The notes below the pieces were generated by a model. It saw nothing but the letters and a program-made list of their open reading frames with translations. It ran no database searches and was not told where the DNA came from. Source: Candidatus Ratteibacteria bacterium (GTDB lineage Bacteria > Ratteibacteria > UBA8468 > B48-G9 > JAFGKM01). From it: 39,780 nt of DNA. Positions 1-8,628 of this stretch are shown here, piece by piece. The stretch spans positions 1 through 39,780 of the forward strand of contig JBMFMQ010000001.1 in the NCBI GenBank assembly GCA_049970595.1. The letters are read 5' to 3'. Numbering within the stretch: the first letter of the stretch is position 1; every line of letters starts with the position of its first letter. Both the position numbers and the translations under genes were made by a program.

Positions 1-146
1 GGATAGATTTAGAAATACCAAAACCAGCAAAAACACTTATTGAAAAATTAAACCTACATATTACTTAAAAACTGCGGAGTTAGGGATTAAAAGAGATTGT
101 TAAAAAATTAAGGGAAATTTCTCCATTTAAATCAGAAAAAGATTTT

Positions 147-968
147 TTAGGGTTTAAGTAGAATATCTGGCTTTGGGATTGATTCATTCATACTGCCTGT
201 TCTATATCCTTCAAGGTCAACTGTTATGTATTTATATCCAATTTCTTTCAATTTTTTAACTATTTTATCTTTCAATTTTATTAATTTTTCTATTTCATCC
301 TTATCAACTTCTATTCTTGCAATTTCATTATAATCCCTTATTCTGACAATCTTAAATCCAAGTGAATATAAAAAATTTTCTCCTTCTTCAATTTTTTTTA
401 ATCTTTCTTCTGTTATTTTTTCTCCATATGGTATCCTTGAAGCAAGACATGCCATCTGTGGTTTATTCCATGTTGGCAAATTTAACTTTTTTGAAAATTT
501 TCTTATATCTTTTTTTGTAAAACCACATTCTTTTAAAGGAGAAAAAACATTATAAATTTTTTTTGCACTTTCCCCTGGTCTAAAATCTCTCTCATCGTCT
601 TTATTTGCTCCATCAATTATATATTCAAAATTCAATTTTTTTCTTATCTCTTCAATTTTCCCAAATAATTCCTTCTTGCACCAGAAACATCTATCAGGCG
701 GATTATTTATAAAATTATCATCTTTAAATTCATCTGTTTCAATCTCAATATATTTTATCCCATTATCTTTACAGAATTTTTCAGCAAATTCTCGCTCTTT
801 TTCTGTATATGTGGGTGAAACTCCAATAACTGCTAAAACATTTTCTTTCCCAAGTGTATCTGATGCAACTTTTAATAAAAAAGTGCTATCAACACCACCT
901 GAATAGGCAACTACAACTTTTTTCAATTTTTCAAGATACTCCTTAAGTTTTTTCAGTTTTTCTTCCAT
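147..968 (-). CDS. larE: LarE-like PP-loop ATP-dependent sulfur transferase
   Basis: 273-aa ORF with an N-terminal PP-loop (VVAYSGGVDST). It also has the QMACLASRIPYG cysteine loop typical of LarE/TIGR00268-type enzymes. No larA/B/C in the window. Confidence 0.7.
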   Translation of the reverse strand: MEEKLKKLKEYLEKLKKVVVAYSGGVDSTFLLKVASDTLGKENVLAVIGVSPTYTEKEREFAEKFCKDNGIKYIEIETDEFKDDNFINNPPDRCFWCKKELFGKIEEIRKKLNFEYIIDGANKDDERDFRPGESAKKIYNVFSPLKECGFTKKDIRKFSKKLNLPTWNKPQMACLASRIPYGEKITEERLKKIEEGENFLYSLGFKIVRIRDYNEIARIEVDKDEIEKLIKLKDKIVKKLKEIGYKYITVDLEGYRTGSMNESIPKPDILLKP

Positions 969-980
969 ATTTTTCAGTTT

Positions 981-1110
981 TTAATCTTCAGTGTAAAAAT
1001 ACTTTCTTATCTCCTCCTCTTTTATATATTGAATACCTTTTCTGTAAATTGCTTTATTTTTCAAAAATTTTGATAACTTCCACACCTGATAGATTTTTTA
1101 GTTTAGACAT
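981..1110 (-). pseudogene. HicA-like toxin remnant (truncated or interrupted)
   Basis: The minus-strand ATG at 1110 overlaps the upstream stop (ATGTCTAA). It reads MSKLKNLSGVEVIKIFEK then stops, which resembles the HicA N-terminus (SGkEviKiLEK). The GSH core is missing, and only a C-terminal-like tail (..YIKEEEIRKYF..) is readable in another frame. Confidence 0.3.
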
Positions 1111-1326
1111 AAATTTCTTCAACTGGAATATGAATGATTATAGAAGGGAATTGAGATATCCCTAATTCTTCTAAATTTTCTTCTTCTAAAAAAGTTCAGT
1201 TGCTTCTTTTATATTCTTACAAACCTCGTCTATCGTATCACCCTCCGTTATAATAGGAAACTCAAAACATTCTCCAATATATTTTTTCTCTCCTTTATAA
1301 ACTTTAAATAAAATTATCTTTCTCAT
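1103..1326 (-). pseudogene. HicB/UPF0150-like antitoxin, frame broken in a T6 run
   Basis: ATG at 1326 reads MRKIILFKVYKGEKKYIGECFEFPIITEGDTIDEVCKNIKEATELF then stops. Adding one T to the T6 run (+ strand A-run 1188-1193) continues as LEEENLEELGISQFPSIIIHIPVEEIYV and stops at 1103. This region is not in the ORF track because both pieces are short. Confidence 0.4.
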
Positions 1327-1350
1327 ATTTTCATTTTACCTTTTAAATCA

Positions 1351-1581
1351 TCAGTCTTCAACCTCAATAACTTCTTTAACTTCTGGAACTCTTTCCTTTA
1401 TTATTGCTTCTATTCTCATCTTTAAAGTTATCTGTGAAAAAGGGCATCCTTTACATGTTCCTATTAATTTCACCTTAACAATACCATCCTTTGCCTCAAC
1501 TATTTCACAATCACCACCTTCTGCCTGTAAAAAACATCTTACATCCTTTATTGCATTTTCAACTTTTTCTCTTAATTCCAT
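1351..1581 (-). CDS. Nfu / NifU C-terminal domain Fe-S cluster carrier
   Basis: 76 aa containing GTCKGCPFSQ (the CxxC of the NifU_C/Nfu fold) in the typical short stand-alone format. Confidence 0.8.
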   Translation of the reverse strand: MELREKVENAIKDVRCFLQAEGGDCEIVEAKDGIVKVKLIGTCKGCPFSQITLKMRIEAIIKERVPEVKEVIEVED

Positions 1582-1590
1582 TTTTCCTCC

Positions 1591-2688
1591 TTATGTATTT
1601 TCCTTTAACCATTTTACTATACTTTCTGCTTCTTTTAAATTTTTGAACTGCCAGGTTGGTTGATAAACTATTTTTTCAGGACCAAGTTCTTTATGAAATG
1701 TTTTAATTTCTTCAAATGAATAAGGATATATAATAACTGATTTTCCTGCATTTTTTATTTTTTTAAATAATTCAATCCAGTAAATATGTGGTTTATTTCC
1801 TGCTCCTGGAACCCATTGTATAGCATTTATTTTTTTAATTGACAACAAATCATCAAGATGTTTTAAAGCACCAGGTCCATCAAGATGAAATATTGAGTGG
1901 TCAAGAAATTCTGCTTCATATTCAATATATGGTAAAGCAAATTTTCTAAACATCTCTGGAGATATCATACATATAAAATCACATTGTATAACAGCAAATT
2001 TTTTTCTTGAATAAAAAGGAATCCAGCCAATTGTTCCCCATCTTTTCATACCTGTTAAATTATAAATTTCATTGTAAATATCAACAAAAATATCCTTAAT
2101 CTTTTCAAGAATTTTTTTTATAAAATCAGGTCTTTCTATTAAATCAATACATAAATTCTCACTCCCTCTTATTGCTCTCAATAAATCAAGATGCGTATGA
2201 AAATCATTCATACTTATTAAGAATTTCCCTTCAGAATATTCAGAAGCAAATTTATGGAATTCAATAAATTTTACAAACCATATATTTTTTCTATCAAGTT
2301 TCAACTTTTCAATATCTAATTTTTCAATCTCTTCTATACAGGGATTAACCCATGCAGTTCTATTATCAAAGTAAATATCTATTTTTGGTAAATTTAAAAA
2401 ATATGCAATCTGATCCGGTCCAAAATATGGTCTAAAAAATGGTATACTCTCAGCAAAAAAAATTGTATTGGAACAAAATTCTTCAAATTTTTCACACGGA
2501 GTTCTAAAATCACCATTAATACCTGAAATATAGGGAGGTTGTATTTCTTTTCTGCTTTTTTGAATATTTATAACTAAAAGTGGTCTATCAATGATTTCAC
2601 CTTCCCAGAATGCATCCCAGTATCTTCTTGCTTTTTCAAAGTCCTCTTTATATTTTAGAAACAATTTTTGGTTTTGCCCTTTCTCCAT
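1591..2688 (-). CDS. Hypothetical protein, possibly a URO-D/MtaA-like TIM-barrel fold
   Basis: Long uninterrupted ORF. The start was moved to the ATG at 2688 (MEKGQNQ..), which follows AAGGGAAG. The N-terminal ..YWDAFWEGEIIDRPLL.. resembles the xxDRxP opening of URO-D-like methyltransferases. The family call is from memory only. Confidence 0.4.
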   Translation of the reverse strand: MEKGQNQKLFLKYKEDFEKARRYWDAFWEGEIIDRPLLVINIQKSRKEIQPPYISGINGDFRTPCEKFEEFCSNTIFFAESIPFFRPYFGPDQIAYFLNLPKIDIYFDNRTAWVNPCIEEIEKLDIEKLKLDRKNIWFVKFIEFHKFASEYSEGKFLISMNDFHTHLDLLRAIRGSENLCIDLIERPDFIKKILEKIKDIFVDIYNEIYNLTGMKRWGTIGWIPFYSRKKFAVIQCDFICMISPEMFRKFALPYIEYEAEFLDHSIFHLDGPGALKHLDDLLSIKKINAIQWVPGAGNKPHIYWIELFKKIKNAGKSVIIYPYSFEEIKTFHKELGPEKIVYQPTWQFKNLKEAESIVKWLKENT

Positions 2689-3061
2689 AAATCTTCCCTT
2701 TTTTAAACCCAATTGTCCAGAAAAAAATTAAAAAGAAAAGGAAAATTATAACCTTAAAAAATATATTATTCAAAAAGTAAGAAAAAATAACACCAAAAAT
2801 AAAACCAATAAGAGGAAAACCATAAATAAAAATAGAAACTTTAAACAGAACATCTTCATCTATTTCAACAATAACATCATCCCCAATTTTTGCATTTATA
2901 GAATTTATTGCTTCAATTGTTGGTTGTCTTGGAGTTATCTTATTACACAATGAGCAACTTTTACATTTTTCTTTCTCTTCCATCAAAACAATACCTGTAT
3001 TTTCTTTCAATTCAATAAGTTTACCCTTTTCCTTCATTTTTCTTTTTTCTGTAATCTTCAA
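2648..3061 (-). CDS. RseC/MucC-family (SoxR-reducing system) membrane protein
   Basis: 137 aa with an N-terminal soluble part carrying CKSCSLC, followed by two hydrophobic helices (FIYGFPLIGFIFGVIF.., IIFLFFLIFFWTIGF). The true start may be the internal Met at 3040. Confidence 0.55.
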   Translation of the reverse strand: MKITEKRKMKEKGKLIELKENTGIVLMEEKEKCKSCSLCNKITPRQPTIEAINSINAKIGDDVIVEIDEDVLFKVSIFIYGFPLIGFIFGVIFSYFLNNIFFKVIIFLFFLIFFWTIGFKKGKIYGERAKPKIVSKI

Positions 3062-3419
3062 TTGCTGATTTAAGTCCTTCTTCTGCTAAAAGTGAACAAT
3101 GTTTTTTTATTGGTGGAAGCCCTCCAAGAAATTCAACAACATCCTTATTTGAAATCTTTTCTGCCTCTTTCAATGTTTTCCCTTTTGCAAGTTCTGTTAC
3201 AACTGAACTTGTTGCTATTGCTGCTGCACAACCAAATGTTTCAAATTTAATATCCTCAATAATTTCTTCATCATTTTCATTCTTCCCAACTTTAATATAT
3301 ATCCACATTACATCACCACAGACAGGATTTCCGACTTTCCCTATTCCATCTGCATTTTCAATTCTACCCATATTTTTTGGATTTCTAAAATATTCAAGAA
3401 CTTTTTCTGTATAATCCAT
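3021..3419 (-). CDS. iscU: IscU/NifU-N Fe-S cluster scaffold
   Basis: All three scaffold cysteines sit in canonical contexts: NPVCGDVM, FGCAAAIATSS and KKHCSLLAEE. Confidence 0.9.
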   Translation of the reverse strand: MDYTEKVLEYFRNPKNMGRIENADGIGKVGNPVCGDVMWIYIKVGKNENDEEIIEDIKFETFGCAAAIATSSVVTELAKGKTLKEAEKISNKDVVEFLGGLPPIKKHCSLLAEEGLKSAIEDYRKKKNEGKG

Positions 3420-3436
3420 CTTTAACCCCCATAAAT

Positions 3437-4336
3437 TTAAATATAATCAAGCATTCTCTCAAGGGATTTCTTGGCTCTTTCAATTATCTCTTGATTTAAT
3501 TTTATTTCAAATTTTTCTTCTTTTAATGAATGATAAAGTTTTTCAATTGTTATCTTTTTCATATTAGGACATATCTTACATGAACCAAGACAATAAAATT
3601 CTTTATCAGGATTTTCTTTTTTCAATCTGTGAATTAATCCTTCCTCTGTCCCTATAATCATTACTTTTGCTTTTGATTCTTTTGCTCTTTTTAACATACC
3701 ACTTGTTGAGTATATACCATCTGCAAGTTTTTGAACATCAGGGTCACATTCAGGATGAACAATTATTTCTGCTTCAGGATATTTTTCTCTTGCTTTTATT
3801 ACCTCATCAACTTTAAATTTCTTATGAACAAAACAGTATCCATCCCAACAGATTATCTCTTTTTCAGGAACTTTGTTTTTTACATAAAAGCATAAGTTTT
3901 TATCAGGTAAAAATATAATTCTTTTTGCAGGTATATTCCTGACAACTTTATCAGCATTTGCACTTGTACAGCAGGTATCTGATATTGCTTTTACATCTGC
4001 ATTTGTATTTACATAGGAAACAACCCATGCATCTGGATATTTTTCTTTCATCTTCAAAACATCATTATAATCTGCCATATCTGCAAGTGGACAGCCAGCA
4101 TCAAGGTCAGGTAAAAGAACTTTTTTGTCTGGAGAAAGAATTTTTGCTGTTTCTGCCATAAATTTAACTCCACAGAAAACAATTATCTCTGCATCTTTAA
4201 CCTGACTTGCTTTCTTTGCAAGTTCAAGTGAATCACCAACAAAATCAGCAATATCTTGAATTTGTGGTATTTGATAGTTATGGGCAAGTATTATTGCTTT
4301 TTTCTCTTTTTTCAATTTTAAAATTTCATCTATCAT
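3437..4336 (-). CDS. nadA: Quinolinate synthase NadA
   Basis: 299 aa with AIILAHNYQ.PQIQDIADFVGDSL at the N-terminus, a three-repeat architecture, and cysteines in CPLA / HPEC / CPNMK contexts. Confidence 0.9.
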   Translation of the reverse strand: MIDEILKLKKEKKAIILAHNYQIPQIQDIADFVGDSLELAKKASQVKDAEIIVFCGVKFMAETAKILSPDKKVLLPDLDAGCPLADMADYNDVLKMKEKYPDAWVVSYVNTNADVKAISDTCCTSANADKVVRNIPAKRIIFLPDKNLCFYVKNKVPEKEIICWDGYCFVHKKFKVDEVIKAREKYPEAEIIVHPECDPDVQKLADGIYSTSGMLKRAKESKAKVMIIGTEEGLIHRLKKENPDKEFYCLGSCKICPNMKKITIEKLYHSLKEEKFEIKLNQEIIERAKKSLERMLDYI

Positions 4337-5490
4337 TTTTTCTCCCAGAATGGACTTAACTTTCTTAATTTATCAACAATATTTGGTAAAACTTCAAGAA
4401 CTCTATCAACATCTTCTTCCTTATTGTATTTCCCAAGTGAAAACCTTAAAGAACCATGTGCAATTTCATGAGATAGTCCAATTGCAAGTAATACATGACT
4501 TGGCTCAAGAGAACCAGAAGTGCATGCTGAACCACTTGAAGCATAAATTTTTTCAAAATCAAGATTTAAAAGTATACTTTCTCCTTCAACATATTTAACA
4601 CATAAATTTAATGTATTATAAAGACGTTTTTCTGGATGCCCATTTATTACTATTTCAGGTATCCTTTCAAGTATTCCACTTTCAAGTTTATCCCTTAAAT
4701 ATTTAACTTTTTTTATCTCTCCTTCCATTTCTTCAATTGCTATTTCTGCTGCCTTTCCAAGACCAATTATTCCAGGTACATTATAAGTTCCTCCTCTTTT
4801 ACCCTTTTCCTGTTCTCCTCCATGAATAAATGTTTCTATTTTTGTTCCTTTTTTAATATAAAGGGCACCTACTCCTTTTGGTCCATAAAATTTATGAGCA
4901 GAAAGAGAAAGCATATCAACTCCAAGTTTTTTTACAGAAACTGGAATTTTACCAACTGTCTGGACACAATCTGAATGAAAATATATACCATTTTCTTTTG
5001 CTATTTTTGATATCTCTTCAATTGGCTGTATTGTTCCTATTTCATTATTTGCATGCATTATAGTTATTAAAATTGTCTCTTTCTTGATTGATTTTTTTAT
5101 AAATTCAACATCAACAATTCCAAATTTATCAACTGGCACATAAGTTATCTCATATCCGATTTTACTCAAAAATTTACATGTATTTAAAACAGCATGATGT
5201 TCTATCTGGCTTGTTATTATATGATTACCTTTATTTTTCAAAGCAAAAGCAACTCCTTTAATTGCCCAGTTATCACTTTCTGTCCCTCCTGAAGTAAAAA
5301 ATATCTCATCAGGACTTGCATCTATTAATTTTGAAAGATTTTCTCTTGCTTTTTCAATTTCCTTTTTATTTTCTCTTGCTATTTCATAAATAGAACTTGG
5401 ATTCCCAAACTTCTCAAAAAAATATTCTTTCATCACATCTATAACTCTTGGGTCTGTTGGAGTTGTCGCATTATAATCCATATATATCAT
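4333..5490 (-). CDS. nifS: Cysteine desulfurase (NifS/IscS class)
   Basis: PLP lysine motif SAHKFYGPKG, active-site loop SSGSACTSG, and N-terminal MIYMDYNATTP. The start was moved to the ATG at 5490, which follows GGGAGGAAAG. The stop overlaps the nadA start (ATGA-type overlap). Confidence 0.9.
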   Translation of the reverse strand: MIYMDYNATTPTDPRVIDVMKEYFFEKFGNPSSIYEIARENKKEIEKARENLSKLIDASPDEIFFTSGGTESDNWAIKGVAFALKNKGNHIITSQIEHHAVLNTCKFLSKIGYEITYVPVDKFGIVDVEFIKKSIKKETILITIMHANNEIGTIQPIEEISKIAKENGIYFHSDCVQTVGKIPVSVKKLGVDMLSLSAHKFYGPKGVGALYIKKGTKIETFIHGGEQEKGKRGGTYNVPGIIGLGKAAEIAIEEMEGEIKKVKYLRDKLESGILERIPEIVINGHPEKRLYNTLNLCVKYVEGESILLNLDFEKIYASSGSACTSGSLEPSHVLLAIGLSHEIAHGSLRFSLGKYNKEEDVDRVLEVLPNIVDKLRKLSPFWEKK

Positions 5491-5524
5491 CTTTCCTCCC
5501 TTTTCAGAACTCACTTTGTAAGTT

Positions 5525-5929
5525 CTAAATGGATGATACCATTGCTTTTGTTGGACACCCTTTTATACACAATTCACATGCAATACATTTTTCTGGTTCA
5601 AATTTAACCTCATAAGTTTTTCTATCAATAAACAAAGCACTGGTAGGACACAAAGAAACACAGACAGAACAATCAGTACATCTTTCCCTTACCATCTTTA
5701 TATCACTTTCTATAAGTTGAACCTTAACACCCTTACTCTTTAATTCGCTAATTGCATCAAAAACATTTTTCTCTTCTCCTGAAAAAGAAATTACAAGTGT
5801 CCCTTCTTCTTCAGGCGATATATATGCTTTTAAAATATTAAAGTCAAGATTATATTTTTTTACAATTGTTGAAATTATTGGCTTATCAACTAAAAAAGAA
5901 GGAAAATGCATAACAAATTTTTTTTCCAT
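5525..5929 (-). CDS. NIL domain fused to a 2x[4Fe-4S] ferredoxin (MA1822-type homocysteine biosynthesis partner)
   Basis: The N-terminal ~75 aa is a NIL-like beta-alpha fold (FLVDKPIISTIVKKYNLDFNILKA..). The C-terminus has two CxxCxxCxxxCP motifs (CTDCSVCVSLCP and CIACELCIKGCP). Confidence 0.8.
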   Translation of the reverse strand: MEKKFVMHFPSFLVDKPIISTIVKKYNLDFNILKAYISPEEEGTLVISFSGEEKNVFDAISELKSKGVKVQLIESDIKMVRERCTDCSVCVSLCPTSALFIDRKTYEVKFEPEKCIACELCIKGCPTKAMVSSI

Positions 5930-5930
5930 T

Positions 5931-7124
5931 TTATACCTCTTTCATTGGTTTAAATTTATATCCAGTTTCAGGTCCAGGGAAATAAAAAATTGGTTCAGTT
6001 AGAAAAAATTTGCCACTTTTAATCCAATCTTTAAGTATCTCTGCTATTTGTTTTGCTTTTTTATAACTTGATAGTGAACCTGTTGGAACATCCTTGCCCA
6101 TTATTTTTATTTTCCCACTTTTAAGTTGCCCATAATTTACATAATCAAGTATTTTTCCAGTTGAATTTGGATAATCATAACTATAATCAACAATAGGTGC
6201 ATAAATTTCTTCATCAGAAATACCTGTCCATTCAAGTATTTCTTCATTTAAAATAGGTATAGGAATCCCAACACCAACAATTAAACTTGTTCCATATCCA
6301 GTTAAACTTGCTCCTTTCAAAAATTCACTCTTCATCTGTTTTAAATCACCTATTAAAGCAAGAGTTGCTCCACCTGTCATAGGTATTCCATTTTCATTTC
6401 TTTTTACCCCTGGATTATATTGAGTCCCCCACCAACAAACATATCCAATTCCACCTCCAAGAAATATCCTTGTCCCAAATCCAATTGTCTTTAAATAAGG
6501 GTCTTTTAAAAGTGGAGATAGTTGTCCTGCTGAACAATAATTTGCATTTCCAAGATTTGGTTTTAAAACACCCATATATGTATAAATTGTTCTGTTTGAT
6601 AGATTAACAGCAACATTATAATTCTGATAACAGTTTCTTGGGTCAAATAAAATCGCCTCATTTAAATCATTTATTGTAATTTTTGTTTTTAAATATTTTT
6701 TTGGATAGCAATCGGTTCCATATGCAAAAATTTCAAGTTCAATCTCTTTTCCACTAACCAAATCCTCAATAACATGTCCTCCTCCATATTTAAATTCTCC
6801 TGGATATTTTGAATTTCTCGGGTCATTTTCAGGTAAAGATGTTGCACCAAGATAAACATCAACAGCAGCAAGTCCAGAATAAGCACTAACTCCATTTAAA
6901 TATACTTTACCTCCACCAATTTTTATTTTTTCTTTTGAATGACCAAAATTTAAAAATACTCCTGAAGAACACATAGGTCCAAAAGTTCCAGTTGTAACAA
7001 CATCTATTTCCTTTGCAAGTTTTTTTAAGTTTGCTGATTTTTTTAATTCAACAAGTTCATCAGCAGTTAAAACTACTGCTTCCCCTTTTTTAATCCTTTC
7101 ATTTATCTCTTTAATTGTTTTCAT
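5931..7124 (-). CDS. COG1900/DUF39 homocysteine biosynthesis protein (MA1821-type, without CBS domains)
   Basis: 397 aa that opens MKTIKEINERIKKGEAVVLTADEL, as in the COG1900 family. It lies immediately upstream of its usual NIL-ferredoxin partner. Confidence 0.75.
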   Translation of the reverse strand: MKTIKEINERIKKGEAVVLTADELVELKKSANLKKLAKEIDVVTTGTFGPMCSSGVFLNFGHSKEKIKIGGGKVYLNGVSAYSGLAAVDVYLGATSLPENDPRNSKYPGEFKYGGGHVIEDLVSGKEIELEIFAYGTDCYPKKYLKTKITINDLNEAILFDPRNCYQNYNVAVNLSNRTIYTYMGVLKPNLGNANYCSAGQLSPLLKDPYLKTIGFGTRIFLGGGIGYVCWWGTQYNPGVKRNENGIPMTGGATLALIGDLKQMKSEFLKGASLTGYGTSLIVGVGIPIPILNEEILEWTGISDEEIYAPIVDYSYDYPNSTGKILDYVNYGQLKSGKIKIMGKDVPTGSLSSYKKAKQIAEILKDWIKSGKFFLTEPIFYFPGPETGYKFKPMKEV

Positions 7125-7148
7125 TTCTAAAAATTATTTATAAAATCA

Positions 7149-7589
7149 TTATATCTGATAGTCAAGTATTTCCTTTTTTTTCGCTTCACTCAATTTAATG
7201 AGGTCTGATAGTTTAATTGAACTTAAGAATTCATAGATTTTTTCTTTAAGTCCTTTCCATACCTCCCTTGAACTGCATATATTTGATAAATTACATAATT
7301 GGGGATTATCAACACAAAAAACAGGAGAAATATCCCCTTCAAGAGCAACTACAATATCTATTACTTTTATTTCTTCTGGATTTTTGCTTAAAATAAAACC
7401 ACCTTTTGAACCAGCAATACCTTCAACAAATCCAGATTTTTTTAATTGCAACATAATTTGTTCAAGATACTTTTCTGAAATATTCTGTTTTTTTGCAATC
7501 TCTTCAATTTTTACTGGTTTCCCTTTAAAACATTCTGCAAGTTGGACTAAAGCCCTTAACCCATATCTCGTTTTTGAAGAAATTCTCAT
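7149..7589 (-). CDS. Rrf2-family transcriptional regulator, Fe-S binding (IscR-like) type
   Basis: N-terminal wHTH MRISSKTRYGLRALVQLA, plus a three-Cys cluster CVDNPQLCNLSNIC spaced like the IscR cluster ligands. Confidence 0.85.
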   Translation of the reverse strand: MRISSKTRYGLRALVQLAECFKGKPVKIEEIAKKQNISEKYLEQIMLQLKKSGFVEGIAGSKGGFILSKNPEEIKVIDIVVALEGDISPVFCVDNPQLCNLSNICSSREVWKGLKEKIYEFLSSIKLSDLIKLSEAKKKEILDYQI

Positions 7590-7622
7590 TTTAATTTACC
7601 CCTAAATATTACTTCTATAATT

Positions 7623-7651
7623 ATTATAATTACATTAAAATAAAATGTCAA
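7623..7651 (-). promoter_or_regulatory. Consensus sigma70-type promoter for the Rrf2-led operon
   Basis: The minus strand reads TTGACA, a 17-nt spacer, then TATAAT (-35 at 7646-7651, -10 at 7623-7628). The -35 hexamer contains the TGA stop of the upstream PP-loop gene. An AGGGG RBS precedes the ATG at 7589. Confidence 0.55.
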
Positions 7652-8628
7652 TAGATTTTAAAAATTTCAGGAATTTCAGGTATTGGCTGGACATAAATCT
7701 TTTTATTTTCTCCTTTTATTATTATAATAACTTGGTTATCCTTTGTATACTTTGCAAAAATTCTTGCTGAATGTCTTACAGAAAACTCATTAAAACAGCC
7801 CCTTAAAATCCCAGTAATTTTTGTTTTTTCATTTATGAAAACTACATCGTTTTCTTTTTTGAAAGAGAGCAATCTCTTACTTTCTTCCTCATCCCTTGCA
7901 ATTATAAGTTTTAAAAAAGGATTTATTCTAAAATGTCTTCCAATTTTCAGAAGATTTATATTTTCTAAATTAAAGTCACCAAATTCAATTAGGTCCTTTA
8001 CTTTTTTTGAGAAAATTGGGTCAGTTAAAAGACATCCTCCTGATGGACAAGGATAATCCTTGATACCATAAAAGTCAGCAAAAAATATTTGTTGTTTTCT
8101 TGTTCTCCCTTTTATTGAAAGTAATTTTCTTCTATCAATCCAGCCTTTTTTTTCTGGTATTGTTTCTGGTAAAAATTGTGCTGAAAGAGGTCTTAAAATT
8201 AGTCCATCAAGTCCTGTTTGGCTTTCAATAATCTTGAGTGCTTTATATGTCTGTGACTTTGGTCTCTGATTTAATACTTCTCCTGTTATTATAAAAGAAT
8301 ACCCATCTTTTTCCATATATTCCTTTGCTTTTTTAAACATTAAAATTCTGCAATCAATGCATGGATTTAAATTCTTCCCATAACCATATTTTGGATTCTT
8401 CACAATATTCAAATATTCTTCACCAAGAAATATTCTTTTAACTTCAATACCAAGTTTTTCAGAAATAAACTTTGCAGAGGAACCACATCCTTTTATTCTA
8501 TTACATCTACAAAATGGACTATAAAAATTTATTGCAAGGACTTCTATCCCTTGTTCAATAATTAATTTTGTTGCAAGAGTGCTATCAAGACCACCCGAAA
8601 GAAGAGATAATGCTTTTATTTTTTCCAT
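7648..8628 (-). CDS. PP-loop (adenine nucleotide alpha-hydrolase) protein, MnmA/ThiI-like putative tRNA thiolase
   Basis: N-terminal SLLSGGLDST PP-loop. Also has NPCIDCRILMFKKA, GEVLNQRPKSQ, LRPLSAQ and PCPSGGCLLTD motifs seen in uncharacterised thiouridylase-like ATPases. The exact subfamily was not resolved. Confidence 0.55.
   Translation of the reverse strand: MEKIKALSLLSGGLDSTLATKLIIEQGIEVLAINFYSPFCRCNRIKGCGSSAKFISEKLGIEVKRIFLGEEYLNIVKNPKYGYGKNLNPCIDCRILMFKKAKEYMEKDGYSFIITGEVLNQRPKSQTYKALKIIESQTGLDGLILRPLSAQFLPETIPEKKGWIDRRKLLSIKGRTRKQQIFFADFYGIKDYPCPSGGCLLTDPIFSKKVKDLIEFGDFNLENINLLKIGRHFRINPFLKLIIARDEEESKRLLSFKKENDVVFINEKTKITGILRGCFNEFSVRHSARIFAKYTKDNQVIIIIKGENKKIYVQPIPEIPEIFKIY

Noticed and set aside
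3-68. Possible 3' end of a + strand gene (..IDLEIPKPAKTLIEKLNLHIT, stop at 66-68), convergent with larE.
   Set aside because: Only 21 codons are visible, with no motif. This cannot be distinguished from a chance open frame.
68-100. Possible third, inverted and diverged copy of the intergenic repeat. aaaactgcggagttagggattaaaag resembles the reverse complement of ..ccccaaaaggtatcaactccgcaaagt...
   Set aside because: Shared blocks are only 9 nt (tgcggagtt) plus 6 nt, with gaps. That is too short and AT-rich to call without a genome-wide copy census.
6689-6895. 68-aa minus-strand ORF nested inside the COG1900 gene.
   Set aside because: It is in a different frame of a gene whose main frame is continuous and family-typical. 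It has no RBS and its sequence is low-complexity.
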